Shown in pieces: positions 10,206 to 20,174 of a stretch of 64,000 nt of DNA (its first letter is position 1; each line of letters begins with the position of its first letter). The stretch is taken from positions 94,121-158,120 of IMG/VR virus record IMGVR_UViG_3300009703_000007. One strand, 5' to 3'. The position numbers and the translations under genes were made by a program. Under the pieces are notes generated by a model, which was given only the letters and a program-made list of their open reading frames with translations, searched no databases and was not told the DNA's origin. The stretch is from a virus (taxonomy: Duplodnaviria > Heunggongvirae > Uroviricota > Caudoviricetes).

Positions 10206-10683
10206 AGATTCCTTGAGACCCGTAGTCAGAGGGAAGCGTTTGAGTGTACTCAGTGAGCTCGCAAGCTACTATCTGATCCACCTCGTTAGCACCCACTATA
10301 GGTCCGGTGTTGAAGTCGTGGTCGTCTGCGTACGCCTTTGGTGCGTAGCAGAAGAACGTATTGTACGATACCGAGTAAATGATCTCTCGTTCAGGGTAAC
10401 GCGCCGCTCCAATGTCGGTGGGTGAAGGTAGCGCCATACCAAACGGGTGTGAGTGAAATCGGTATATGAGTTCGTAGTCGTCAGAGGCCCCCCGTCTAAC
10501 TTCACGTTGCATCTGTGCCCATACCGCTGGATCCATTTCGAATTCTACGGCAGCGGACGGTGCTGTGATTGTGTTGGGTACGGGTATTACACTGACAGTG
10601 TTTGACTGGGTATGCAGCAGGACGACCCCACACACTTCTCGTGAGGGGTCTTCCTTGCATAGATCCCTAATTTGGGATAGCAT
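10168..10683 (-). CDS. JAB/MPN (JAMM) metalloprotease
   Basis: JAMM motif HSHPFGMALPSPTD (HxHx7Sx2D) with upstream EVCGVV glutamate. Start overlaps the Ubl stop. Confidence 0.75.
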   Translation of the reverse strand: MLSQIRDLCKEDPSREVCGVVLLHTQSNTVSVIPVPNTITAPSAAVEFEMDPAVWAQMQREVRRGASDDYELIYRFHSHPFGMALPSPTDIGAARYPEREIIYSVSYNTFFCYAPKAYADDHDFNTGPIVGANEVDQIVACELTEYTQTLPSDYGSQGIYADFHSWRRRYW

Positions 10684-10919
10684 TAGCCGCCGACAGAAGC
10701 CGGCATGACCGTAGCGCTACCACCACGCTCGAAGGCACTGCGAACAGAAGCCTTGTCGGTGAGCATGTCGTTAGTGGCGTCGTCGAACACCCACATGCCC
10801 TTGTCGAGCTCTGCGTCTAGAAGTCCCATAGCCTCTGCTAAGAGGAGGTCCTTCTTTTCATCGCCCATGTGGTTCAGGATCTTGATCTCTACGCGAATTG
10901 CCTTTGCTTCAGTTGCCAT
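10683..10919 (-). CDS. small ubiquitin-like (ThiS/MoaD-like) protein ending in Gly-Gly
   Basis: 78-aa ORF whose last residues are ...VMPASVGG followed directly by the stop. Translationally coupled to the JAB and E1-like genes. Confidence 0.55.
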   Translation of the reverse strand: MATEAKAIRVEIKILNHMGDEKKDLLLAEAMGLLDAELDKGMWVFDDATNDMLTDKASVRSAFERGGSATVMPASVGG

Positions 10920-10936
10920 TTCTTTGTTCTCCTATG

Positions 10937-13552
10937 TTAGTTCTTAACGTGTCGCCGTAGTGTGTGGATGTCCTGCACAGTCTGAGTGTCTAGAGCCACG
11001 GCGTATATCCGAGCTACAAGACGATCACGCCCTACTGTATTGGCCATCGCCGCACCCTTGTCGACAATGCAGATGTGCTGCCCCGCGCCGTCATGGACGT
11101 GGTTTTCGCCATCCTTCTTAATGTAGTAAGTATTGCCTGAAGAAGCTGGAACTTTGTAATAGGTTCCGTTGAGTCCCTTGGGGTTTTCAACCTCGGTAAC
11201 CTTAAACCTCTTCATAGTGTTTTCTAGTAATTCCTTCGACCGCTCAAACGCTTTGAGCCACATCTTAATAGACGTCTGTAGAAGAAGTCTGACCTGTGCT
11301 GGATTGATATCCGGAACAGCTGTTGTCAGCACATTTTGTACGTCACGCACATTTGTGCCGTAGTAACCAAACCTGTAGTGGTCCACACGCCTTGCGTTTC
11401 CGTCGCCAACGCTCAGGGAGATCAGTTTGTTGATGTTCCTGACCCTGATCAGGTCTTCACCCTTAGGGTTTTTATCCGTCTTCTTGGCTGGAAGAACCAC
11501 GTAGTTCTTACCTTTGACGCGTCTAAGAGACACGAGGCCTGTGCTGGCGTTGTGTCCAAACCCTAAGTTCACAGAGAACTGGACGCCGTTAGTGACGTGA
11601 TTCATGATACGCAACGAGCACTTGCTGATGTTACCCACGAATGCGTCGAAGGTCTCTTGGTCCCGGAAGCACATCATGCGCATTAGCACAGGTACGATTT
11701 CAGCCTTGTTGACTCTCTTGCCTTGTATGGTGACTCTAGCGTGCCCTCGGGCTGTCTCAGAGTACTTCACTACTGCAGAAAGATCGTTGATAACTATCGT
11801 GATGTCGTCGTCGCCTTCTACACCATTGTAGAACTTTGACTTGAGGCCGTACTCACGGCCCTTAGCCCCTGCGATAGCAGGTGTTCCGTCACCCATCAAG
11901 CCCAGGATAGTCTGAAAGCAAGACGTCATGACGTCGTTGAACTCCACTCCTTCAATAGAAGCTGGGTTCAAAGACTCCAACCACGGCGTAAGCACCGCTG
12001 CGTCAAGTGTTAGCTTTACGTCCTGAAATGACAGGCCAGTGCGTGTGAATACAATGTCGCGGCTGGTCATCGTTTCACGCTTACCGTTGGCTAAGTCACG
12101 AAACTTCGTAGTTAACCGTTCACGCTTCAGCACTGCCTGCTGCGCAGGCGTTACTGTGATCCGCTGTCTGCGCAGGTCAGGTACTATCGTGCGACGGTAC
12201 CAATCAGCGGTTATACGTCCTGATCCAAACTGACTGTAATACGTCGCTTTTAGAAGTGTCCACGCTCCGGAATCCCACTTTATTCCCGGCTCGATGGTTA
12301 GACCTGACTCTAGGATTACGTTACCTACGTCCAGCTGGCCCCAAAGTGGCTGCTCCCCGTTTACCACCACTAACATGGGCGTGCAGGTACCGCTGTTACG
12401 CGTTAGCCCCTCTAGGAGGGCTACTCGATAACCCTTGAATTCCTCCACCAACAGCACTCTAGTACACCTGTTGAGCAGTGTAGCGCCATTGCCAAGAACG
12501 TTTCTAGGGAACCCGGAGATGGCCTGGATCTCTGCGTCGATAAACGTTGTGTTGGAACCTAAGTATCTTGTAGGCAGGTCACCTTCGTTCAACGGAGTCT
12601 CTACGCTACGGTGGGTAATCCAGTGCTCGTGCATCCGCGTAAAGCAGGCATGCATATCAATGCCTGTGACCAGCGCTGTGTGCGACTTCCAGGACTCCAG
12701 ACGCCTCAAGTGCGCGCCAGTTGCCCCTTGTGGATAGAGTCCACTTCCCTTGTACTGGATACAGGAGTTTTGTCTGTTGCGGCTGTTCACAGCGTCTATC
12801 CCGCCTGCTGTGCCTAGTCCATAGAATCCATTAGGGTAATCGTTTTCGAAGTTGTTTCTACGGTACACAGCACGCGCCCTAGCAGGTAGCTCCGATCGAT
12901 CCGCCAAGAACGCAGACACCTTGCCTACTACGTACTGCTTTATCGGTTCTGGCAGGTCTTCTAGTTTGAATACCACCTCGCCGCCTTCAGTACGGTTGGC
13001 TACGACTAGATCGTAGACCTCTTTAAGGTCGTCACCGCGCACGAAGGATTCGCACCCAATAACAATCTGAGCTAGCTCGTGAGATATCTGGCCTATTGCG
13101 CTTACCTGGGCTATGACGAGCTTGTCGTAAACAACCACGTTGCCGCCAAGAGTACAAGTAAATTTGCCCAACTCTGGAGGCTTTTGTCCTTTCTCCAGCC
13201 TGACGAAGTCTACAGGACTGTTAGCTCCAACGCTACCGCGGTAGTCCTGCTTGACTACTACGGAGTACCTACCGAGCATAAGACCGGTTGCAAGGTTGTC
13301 TATCGACAAGTACCCATTGTTGGTCAGCCAGGACACGCTGGAGTCGTAGAGCGCACGCCTACGGTGGTTATGTGTTCCCAGCTTACGTGTTATTACTCGC
13401 AACTCTTCGTCGTCGAATAGGCCTGTTACGTAATTCAGCGCAGACAACCTTTCAAAGGTCATACCTTGCTGAACCATCTCCTCCGTCAACGTCTTGAAGT
13501 CCTCGTCGGACAGTTCGTCAGCTATTAATAGCTGTGAAAGATCTTTGCTCAT
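10937..13552 (-). CDS. large hypothetical protein (871 aa), upstream partner of the Ubl-JAB-E1 triad
   Basis: Long ORF in consistent coding frame. No motif I could assign. Confidence 0.6.
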   Translation of the reverse strand: MSKDLSQLLIADELSDEDFKTLTEEMVQQGMTFERLSALNYVTGLFDDEELRVITRKLGTHNHRRRALYDSSVSWLTNNGYLSIDNLATGLMLGRYSVVVKQDYRGSVGANSPVDFVRLEKGQKPPELGKFTCTLGGNVVVYDKLVIAQVSAIGQISHELAQIVIGCESFVRGDDLKEVYDLVVANRTEGGEVVFKLEDLPEPIKQYVVGKVSAFLADRSELPARARAVYRRNNFENDYPNGFYGLGTAGGIDAVNSRNRQNSCIQYKGSGLYPQGATGAHLRRLESWKSHTALVTGIDMHACFTRMHEHWITHRSVETPLNEGDLPTRYLGSNTTFIDAEIQAISGFPRNVLGNGATLLNRCTRVLLVEEFKGYRVALLEGLTRNSGTCTPMLVVVNGEQPLWGQLDVGNVILESGLTIEPGIKWDSGAWTLLKATYYSQFGSGRITADWYRRTIVPDLRRQRITVTPAQQAVLKRERLTTKFRDLANGKRETMTSRDIVFTRTGLSFQDVKLTLDAAVLTPWLESLNPASIEGVEFNDVMTSCFQTILGLMGDGTPAIAGAKGREYGLKSKFYNGVEGDDDITIVINDLSAVVKYSETARGHARVTIQGKRVNKAEIVPVLMRMMCFRDQETFDAFVGNISKCSLRIMNHVTNGVQFSVNLGFGHNASTGLVSLRRVKGKNYVVLPAKKTDKNPKGEDLIRVRNINKLISLSVGDGNARRVDHYRFGYYGTNVRDVQNVLTTAVPDINPAQVRLLLQTSIKMWLKAFERSKELLENTMKRFKVTEVENPKGLNGTYYKVPASSGNTYYIKKDGENHVHDGAGQHICIVDKGAAMANTVGRDRLVARIYAVALDTQTVQDIHTLRRHVKN

Positions 13553-13610
13553 CTTTGTTGTTCGTCTTTGTTGTTCGTTGTTGTTCGTTGTAGCTAAAAG
13601 GTCGGTGATA
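13553..13610. repeat. short tandem repeat (ctttgttgttcgt x ~3.5) in the 5' leader of the 871-aa gene
   Basis: Direct repeats tttgttgttcgt ctttgttgttcgt tgttgttcgt are visible between the primase stop and the 871-aa ORF start. Confidence 0.6.
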
Positions 13611-16600
13611 TCACACGGAGAACTCTACAACCTCGCTTTGGGGCTCGGCAGTAACTACTACCTCGTCTTCCATTAAATCTGAGATATTGTAGACGGTTAC
13701 GTCGTCTAATCTAGTAGCCTTTCCCGTCAATCGTCTTATTATACCAGATCTGCGGACCTTATCTCGACTTACGATACGGCCACTCCGGTCAGCCATCTCT
13801 TTAAGGTGGTTAGGACTGGTTTCAGTTCGGTACTTAGGGTGTTGGCTCAGGACGCCCTGGATTGCTTGTGTCCAGTTGACTATCAGCCAGTGCTCTTCTT
13901 TACGCTCTGTGTAATACACACCGCAACCGGTAGTATTCAACAGGTTACGGCTATCCACATGACGCAGTAGTTCTCCTACGGACGCATTGGAAGACACTCT
14001 ACCTTCGATCTTGGCGGACACTCCAGGGCTGTTCAGGACAGCTGTTAGTATGCCATCGTTCTCGGTAGCAGAAGATATTTTACTTATATAGTGCGACTTA
14101 TTTTCGCAGAACTTATAAGCGAAGTCTTCGTAGTCTAACCCTAGCGTTTTCATCACAGCTAGAGCAGGGTATATACCCTCTCGAAACCGTGTTTGAGTCC
14201 CTGCGGGTAGCCCAGCTCCTCTAGCGTACTGTTTCTCCACGTGCGCATAGTTCTTGAGTAACTCCGGCATCTTAGCGATCATAGCGATAGAGACGTTGGC
14301 CCTTATTGTGGCCATCTGTTCTTCGTCATACTTCTCACCGATGGATATAATTGGATCTACTCGCCCACGCTCGGTCACCATATTGATGGTAATCATCCGT
14401 GATATGTCAGCGGGCTCCCGCATAGTGCTGATTGCAGACATGATGACAGGGAATCTCAGATAGAACACTTTCGTTTCGCCCGAGGGGGTTCCCTTTAGGA
14501 TCCTGTTGGACGCGCCCATAATGTTACGTAGGACCTTTAGGATCTTTCGGACTTCGTAGGATTTGGCATTCTTGGATCCGTCATCCTCAAACTCATCCAG
14601 GCAGCACATTAAGGACTTGGTGTTCATGTCCTGTCTAAAGCCGGCTTCAGTGTAGTCGTCCATTCCGATAGAATGTTCGAGTACGTTGATCGAAGGGAAC
14701 TGTGTTCCTCCGAAGTAGCCTAGTGTTAGGCGTGTTTTACCAGATGATGCCTCCGCAGTGACGAAGATGTAGACCTGTCTTCTCAGCGCAGTCGATATTG
14801 GCGCTGCTAGGGTCTGAGCCGCTAAGAATTCTGGCTCCAGCTTTTGCTCGGAAAATGACCAGCCTGTGGAGAGTATATCCACCAGCTGTTCGTATAGTTT
14901 CTTTCCATCAAGTGACTCTGATTTCTGCAGATCCTCGATGCTGTTGATGCTGTCCGACCATCTGTAGCGGTCATCTAGATCCAGCAGGTACTTGCCACAC
15001 CCAGGCCCGTCTAGAGTCCCCCAGGTAACTTTGCCGTCCTCGTACGTGGCCAGGTACGCGTCCCGTCCGTTAACGACCACCATCTGGGGTATGCCATTCT
15101 CGGTCAACCAGTGCAGGCCCTGCCCTTTAACGCGAAGGTGCTTATAGTTACCTGCCTGGCTAAGAATGTTCTTGAATGCCAGTTGTACGTAAGAGCGTAT
15201 CAGGTTCTCTTTCTCCAGTAACCCGACGTCTTTTCGCTTAGCTCCTCCGATGGCCTTAGTCTTCAGAAAGTCCGGCTCACCCACTACGCTGATAACCCAG
15301 CTAGTGAGGATACCTACGTCCTTACCAAGCTCCATCTCAACTTCTGCTAACCGTGCAAGAGCCAACTTTCGCATTAGCTTCTTGCGCTTGTTCCACACGT
15401 ACAGATACGATGTCGACCCGGTGGATTCCTCCCCCAGGATTTCATAGACGTCCATTATAGCTTGCTCTAAGCGCGCTACGAAACGCATCTCATCGTCGTC
15501 AGCAGACAGTACCTTCTTAGCAACTTGGTTGTAAGGTATGTTCTGGTCTTTTGCCAGCGCGGTGAGGAAAGCTACACGCTCACCCTCGTCTAGAAGTATG
15601 CCTCCCCACTCCTGTATGATCCCGTCTCTACGACGCACGTCGTTGTCTTCGACGTCTTCTAGTTCCTGGACAGCCTTACTAAACACCCACATATGTGCAG
15701 GCTTGTAGTGTTCTTTCCGTAAGAACTCTTCCTTGGACGCCTCATACCCATACTTGACGTTGATGGCCTCGTCAGGATCCTTGGTCATTACCGTGGGCGG
15801 CCACTGAAACACCTTCAGCTGTAGTGCAGACGTTTTCTTTAGCACTTGCTTGATGATCGTATCACCACTGTAGGCGGGTGCGTCCGCAAGTAGCCTGACC
15901 AGATCGAACCCAAAGCTCTTGAGAGGATCCAGGTTCGACAACTCCGAGCCGCCCAACGCTATAACGGGTATCTCTGCGATGCCTGTCTTGCACTGGTTTA
16001 CTGCGAATGCCAGTTGGTCAAACTCTCCCTCCACTGCCATCACCTCGTTGGTGTTGTCAGAGTGTATCAGAGGCTTGTAGATCTGCATTCCCAAGCCGAA
16101 GAAGCCGGGGGTACCTAGGGGGTCCTTTACGGCGTATATCTTCTTGGTCTCAGGTATTCGTATACGGAAACGTCCAACAGTGTTAGGAGTCTCATGGTAG
16201 ATGAATACCAGTGATCCCAGGAACTCTACTTTAAGGTACTTACTAAAGTAGTCAACACAGTCGTCAGCTATGTCGGGGTCGCCTATAAGCTCACGTAATC
16301 TCTTGATCGTAGGTATTACGCCGATGGGTAACATGTGGTAGCAGTCGTCTACGCCCCTAGCTTTCAGCCACTTTACAGTGCGTACTGCACGCACGTACGT
16401 AGCGTTCTCCATGTCCTGAGAAGCCATTATGAGCTCTCTCTGGAAGGCTCTGGCCAGCGCAGCTTTAACTCTCTGTAGTCGCTCACGTTCCTGCAGCGCC
16501 TGCGTGAGCTTACTGTTTATACCCTTAAGGCCGAATCTCTGCCGGAGAGCGTGGAACGCCTCCATGTAGGAGATCTCTCCGAAATTAGAGAACAGCGCTA

Positions 16601-16823
16601 TAGGATCTCTGAAGTACTCGTTACAGCCAAAGCACTTGAAGAACTTCTTCCCGGGCATGATCCATGCGGAGGGACTGGCGTCGTCGTGCACAGGGCAGCA
16701 GCCGTGTAGGTTGCCGTTTTTAATCTCCCATTCACCGGTTGGACTGAACTCAGTTATGAGCCCCAACCAGTCTTCAGGGGTAATCTGCTCCCAGATCTTG
16801 TCCAGCTCGGTGAACGTGATCAC
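13611..16823 (-). CDS. DNA primase-helicase (DnaG-type zinc finger + TOPRIM + P-loop helicase)
   Basis: CHC2 zinc motif CCPVHDD...FKCFGCN. TOPRIM EGEFDQ. Walker A VTAEASSGKT. Walker B CCLDEFED. Confidence 0.8.
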   Translation of the reverse strand: MITFTELDKIWEQITPEDWLGLITEFSPTGEWEIKNGNLHGCCPVHDDASPSAWIMPGKKFFKCFGCNEYFRDPIALFSNFGEISYMEAFHALRQRFGLKGINSKLTQALQERERLQRVKAALARAFQRELIMASQDMENATYVRAVRTVKWLKARGVDDCYHMLPIGVIPTIKRLRELIGDPDIADDCVDYFSKYLKVEFLGSLVFIYHETPNTVGRFRIRIPETKKIYAVKDPLGTPGFFGLGMQIYKPLIHSDNTNEVMAVEGEFDQLAFAVNQCKTGIAEIPVIALGGSELSNLDPLKSFGFDLVRLLADAPAYSGDTIIKQVLKKTSALQLKVFQWPPTVMTKDPDEAINVKYGYEASKEEFLRKEHYKPAHMWVFSKAVQELEDVEDNDVRRRDGIIQEWGGILLDEGERVAFLTALAKDQNIPYNQVAKKVLSADDDEMRFVARLEQAIMDVYEILGEESTGSTSYLYVWNKRKKLMRKLALARLAEVEMELGKDVGILTSWVISVVGEPDFLKTKAIGGAKRKDVGLLEKENLIRSYVQLAFKNILSQAGNYKHLRVKGQGLHWLTENGIPQMVVVNGRDAYLATYEDGKVTWGTLDGPGCGKYLLDLDDRYRWSDSINSIEDLQKSESLDGKKLYEQLVDILSTGWSFSEQKLEPEFLAAQTLAAPISTALRRQVYIFVTAEASSGKTRLTLGYFGGTQFPSINVLEHSIGMDDYTEAGFRQDMNTKSLMCCLDEFEDDGSKNAKSYEVRKILKVLRNIMGASNRILKGTPSGETKVFYLRFPVIMSAISTMREPADISRMITINMVTERGRVDPIISIGEKYDEEQMATIRANVSIAMIAKMPELLKNYAHVEKQYARGAGLPAGTQTRFREGIYPALAVMKTLGLDYEDFAYKFCENKSHYISKISSATENDGILTAVLNSPGVSAKIEGRVSSNASVGELLRHVDSRNLLNTTGCGVYYTERKEEHWLIVNWTQAIQGVLSQHPKYRTETSPNHLKEMADRSGRIVSRDKVRRSGIIRRLTGKATRLDDVTVYNISDLMEDEVVVTAEPQSEVVEFSV

Positions 16824-17203
16824 CTAAGATGCATCTCCTCATTTTTTATATGTGAACGTACGGCCGGAGGCACGTAAGTCAGTATGGACGATACATAAGC
16901 TCGCTGCCCTTTGCCAGGAGCTCTGCACCCTAGGGTCACCACTGCGGTTGTAAGGCGCCTGTTGACTCTGTCATGCCATGGTAGCCTATCCGTAGATGGA
17001 CTGCGGTAGCTGGTACGGAGTCTAAAGAACCACTTCAGGTCGGCTTCTTTAGTGCTTCTTTTCTTAGACTTACCTCGTCTGAGATTTGAAAGGGATTCGT
17101 GAAAGGCGGGGCATTCTCTGGCCTCTTCTAGGTCCAGGGGGATGTCTGTGTATTTTGCCATGATCTCAACTAAGAGAGCCCACCCGTCAGGGTAGGCCCT
17201 CAT
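16820..17203 (-). CDS. hypothetical protein
   Basis: 127-aa ORF coupled to neighbouring genes. Confidence 0.4.
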   Translation of the reverse strand: MRAYPDGWALLVEIMAKYTDIPLDLEEARECPAFHESLSNLRRGKSKKRSTKEADLKWFFRLRTSYRSPSTDRLPWHDRVNRRLTTAVVTLGCRAPGKGQRAYVSSILTYVPPAVRSHIKNEEMHLR

Positions 17204-17213
17204 AAGGTTGGTG

Positions 17214-18056
17214 CTAGCGGGATAGGACGTTAGGTTTGACCTTGTCTACTCTCGCCTGCTTGCGTCGTGCACTTCTCTCCGGTAAACAGATAGAGTCTTT
17301 GAAGGGGCACCACTTACAGTAGTAACCAACGTGTATTGTATCGCTGGTATGTTCATCCGCTGCTTTGTTGATCCATTCCACGAATTCGGGCTGGATCTCC
17401 TCGCGTATTTGCTCTGCACTGTACGTAGGGGCCCAAAGTATCTCTCCACGTTCTATGAAGTGGACAGCTCCCTTGACACCTGCTATGGTTGGGTGTAGCG
17501 CTAATGCGGTTACTGCGTATGATTTCAGCTGCTTTTCATATTTATCAATGTCGGCAGCTCCTCGACGTTTGTGGTCTACGACCACCATGTACCCCGACTT
17601 GGAGTACATACCGAGGTCCCACTGTCCTCGAAACACTGTTCGCTTGTCGTCATTCCAATAGGCCGCTGGCGTAAAGTCAGCAGCTATGGCGACGCGTTGC
17701 TCCACGAACTGACGGTTCCTTGAGATGCCATGTTGAGCTTTGAACCGTTTTATTCGCGCGGAGAACTCTACGATTTTGTCGTAGCTGGCGAAGTATTCGT
17801 CTTGTTCATCTGCAGTGAGAATCACAATGTTTAGTGTTTCGTCGATAGCGGCACTCGCTGGCATTCCGTTCATCACGTACTCCAGCGCTTTGTGCAGTGC
17901 CTTACCTATCTCTAACTCTTTAGATCGCGCCTGTGGAGGCTCCTTAGTTTTCTTAACGTATTTCAGGCCGAACTTGAATGGACACTCCAATGCCATCCTA
18001 GCTTTGCTGTAAGACCAAGGAGCCAGCGCTAGAGCTTTTTCTGTAAAAGTCTGCAT
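17214..18056 (-). CDS. PD-(D/E)XK nuclease, Cas4/RecB-like with C-terminal Cys cluster
   Basis: 280 aa. VVVDHKRR nuclease core. C-terminal YYCKWCPFKDSIC cysteine cluster. Confidence 0.5.
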   Translation of the reverse strand: MQTFTEKALALAPWSYSKARMALECPFKFGLKYVKKTKEPPQARSKELEIGKALHKALEYVMNGMPASAAIDETLNIVILTADEQDEYFASYDKIVEFSARIKRFKAQHGISRNRQFVEQRVAIAADFTPAAYWNDDKRTVFRGQWDLGMYSKSGYMVVVDHKRRGAADIDKYEKQLKSYAVTALALHPTIAGVKGAVHFIERGEILWAPTYSAEQIREEIQPEFVEWINKAADEHTSDTIHVGYYCKWCPFKDSICLPERSARRKQARVDKVKPNVLSR

Positions 18057-18070
18057 ACCGGTCCTTTACT

Positions 18071-18922
18071 TTAGATGTTGAACTGCGGTTCGGCGCCCTC
18101 TTCTACCTTAGAGTCACCTATAGCTATTACCTCTTCAGGGTCCTGCTCTCTTGCGAGGGCACGTTCCTGTAGTCGGGTCAGCATAGCCGTGCGATTTCCG
18201 TGAATTACTTCATAGAAAGCGTCGGATATGGTCTGCTGATGCTCATCCGTATTATCGCCCAATGCGATGTCGTATGAGTAGTAAACTCCCTGATTATTAG
18301 AAATCTTGTTAGTCGAAAGCTTGAACACTTTGGCCCAGGCTGACGGCTGACTGCGCGCCAAGCGGTAAAGCTTAGACCCAACTTTGTAGCCAGTCTTAGC
18401 GAAGTTCACCGTGTATATGTTGCTCATGGTCTTGGCGTCTAGGACCCAGTAAACCATGCTCTTGTTGCACGCTGTGCGCTTGTTGTTTCTAAATGGAAGA
18501 TCAGGACAGTCGTTGCACTTATCTCCGTAGATACTTAGCCGTTCTTGATCCGGCAGCACGCCAGGGGAAGAACAGTTAGGTGCCCCACTGAACTCGCCGG
18601 GGTTCCAGCGCGTGTGGGTTATGTACCTGTATAAGATGATAAACTCGAGCTCTGTGCCAAGACGATCGCCTACCCCAGTAAACATTTCTCCGGGACGTAG
18701 GTCTTCCAACCCACCGGTACTTCGGGTGGTTGGTTGATTTATTCTTATGCCTGGCGGGTTCCAGTTGCTGGACCCCTGCTCGTCGCTTAGCCCCTTCTTA
18801 CGGGGGTTGGACTTCTTAGCTAGTGTTGTTAGTGATTTCTGGTAGTTCTCTGGGAGAGAATCGAATATCGCTGTGAGTGGTGGAGCCATGTCCACCATGA
18901 CAATGCTCTTTGCTTTAGCCAT
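18071..18922 (-). CDS. hypothetical protein
   Basis: 283-aa ORF. First gene of the minus-strand operon, divergent from the sigma gene. Confidence 0.45.
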   Translation of the reverse strand: MAKAKSIVMVDMAPPLTAIFDSLPENYQKSLTTLAKKSNPRKKGLSDEQGSSNWNPPGIRINQPTTRSTGGLEDLRPGEMFTGVGDRLGTELEFIILYRYITHTRWNPGEFSGAPNCSSPGVLPDQERLSIYGDKCNDCPDLPFRNNKRTACNKSMVYWVLDAKTMSNIYTVNFAKTGYKVGSKLYRLARSQPSAWAKVFKLSTNKISNNQGVYYSYDIALGDNTDEHQQTISDAFYEVIHGNRTAMLTRLQERALAREQDPEEVIAIGDSKVEEGAEPQFNI

Positions 18923-19025
18923 TTTGTTCTTTGTTATTCTCCGTTGGCCACCTTTGGCCTGGTTGTTGTCGCTAATTATGGCACCTCAGGCGTGCATATC
19001 AAACTGAAATATTTATATATTTCGC

Positions 19026-19053
19026 TTGACATTGAGGGTCGCGACCTTATACT
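19026..19053 (+). promoter_or_regulatory. sigma70-type promoter (TTGACA-16-TATACT) for the sigma gene, predicted leaderless
   Basis: ttgaca at 19026-19031 and tatact at 19048-19053. The ATG is at 19060, 7 nt after the -10 element. Confidence 0.55.
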
Positions 19054-19059
19054 AAACGG

Positions 19060-19920
19060 ATGGCTGATAACAAAAAGAAGACCAGAGCGACTGGACCTAT
19101 TGCTGATGCTCGTTCACTATATTTCAAGGACTTGTCACGAGTCAAGATTCTAAAGGTTGAGGAAGAAAGAAAGATATACGCCGAGTACGCCGCGAGCGGG
19201 TTTACGGACACTGTAGCACGTGACAAGCTCTTGGAGGGCTGTCTCCGCTTGGTCGTAACTCGGGCGTCAAAGTTCAGCCACAACAACCCTGCGTTGTTGG
19301 ATGAACTGATCTGTGCTGGGAATGAGGGGCTGATGAAAGCTCTGACTAAGTACGATCCCACGAAAGGTACACGTATACCGTCATATGCCATCTGGTGGAT
19401 TGACCTATACATCAGAAACACCTTGAGTGAATCGCACCCTGTCAAGGTCCCTATGTGGCGACAGAAGCGTGGAGTCAAGCTTCGTCGTCTAAGGCAGCAA
19501 GGCAAAACAACCGCTGAAATGGCGGAAGAGTGCAACATTACTGAGGCGCAAGTAGAGGAGCTTGAGAACAGCAGATACTATAGCGCAGACATCGCCAGCG
19601 CTGACATCAACGGAAGCATGTCGTACGTGCGCTCTGTGTCGGACATGGATCTGTTCAAGAGCGTAGACGTCGAAGCGGACTCCATTGAGGAGTCTGCTAA
19701 ACGTGTACTCAACGAGGTAATTAGTGAGTTATCCGACGAGGAACAGGTCATCATACGGAGCTACTATGGCATTGGACGTAAGCCGCTGAACTTACCACAG
19801 CTTGCAGAAACAAAGGGAGTGACCTCTGAGCGCGTACGTCAGATAAAGAACAAGCTTCTGGTGCGACTCCGAGCCGCGTTTAAACGACGCGGAGTCAGCT
19901 CTATTGACGATCTTCTTTAG
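19060..19920 (+). CDS. sigma-70 family RNA polymerase sigma factor
   Basis: Region 2-like DELICAGNEGLMKALTKYDPTKGTRIPSYAIWWI. Region 4 HTH LAETKGVTSERVRQIKNKLLVRLR. Confidence 0.85.
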   Translation: MADNKKKTRATGPIADARSLYFKDLSRVKILKVEEERKIYAEYAASGFTDTVARDKLLEGCLRLVVTRASKFSHNNPALLDELICAGNEGLMKALTKYDPTKGTRIPSYAIWWIDLYIRNTLSESHPVKVPMWRQKRGVKLRRLRQQGKTTAEMAEECNITEAQVEELENSRYYSADIASADINGSMSYVRSVSDMDLFKSVDVEADSIEESAKRVLNEVISELSDEEQVIIRSYYGIGRKPLNLPQLAETKGVTSERVRQIKNKLLVRLRAAFKRRGVSSIDDLL

Positions 19921-20174
19921 TGGATCTGGGCTTTTGAACTGAAACCCTTTACCACAACCCTAGTAGGAACCTTTCGGCCCCGCTCCAGCTTCTCTGCTGC
20001 GTCGGGGTCGTTTTCCATGTAGTCCTGCAGGGACACCTTCAACGACGGGTTGAGTCTTCCAGCGTCAAGCTCATCTACCAAGAAGGCCAGGTACCCTGAC
20101 GGAACGTCGCGGATAGCCTTTCCTGCTTGTAGATGGGAGTAGCTGATTACATAGTCACCGCTTTGACTAATCAC
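19917..20174 (-). CDS. hypothetical protein
   Basis: 85-aa ORF convergent with the sigma gene. Confidence 0.3.
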   Translation of the reverse strand: MISQSGDYVISYSHLQAGKAIRDVPSGYLAFLVDELDAGRLNPSLKVSLQDYMENDPDAAEKLERGRKVPTRVVVKGFSSKAQIH

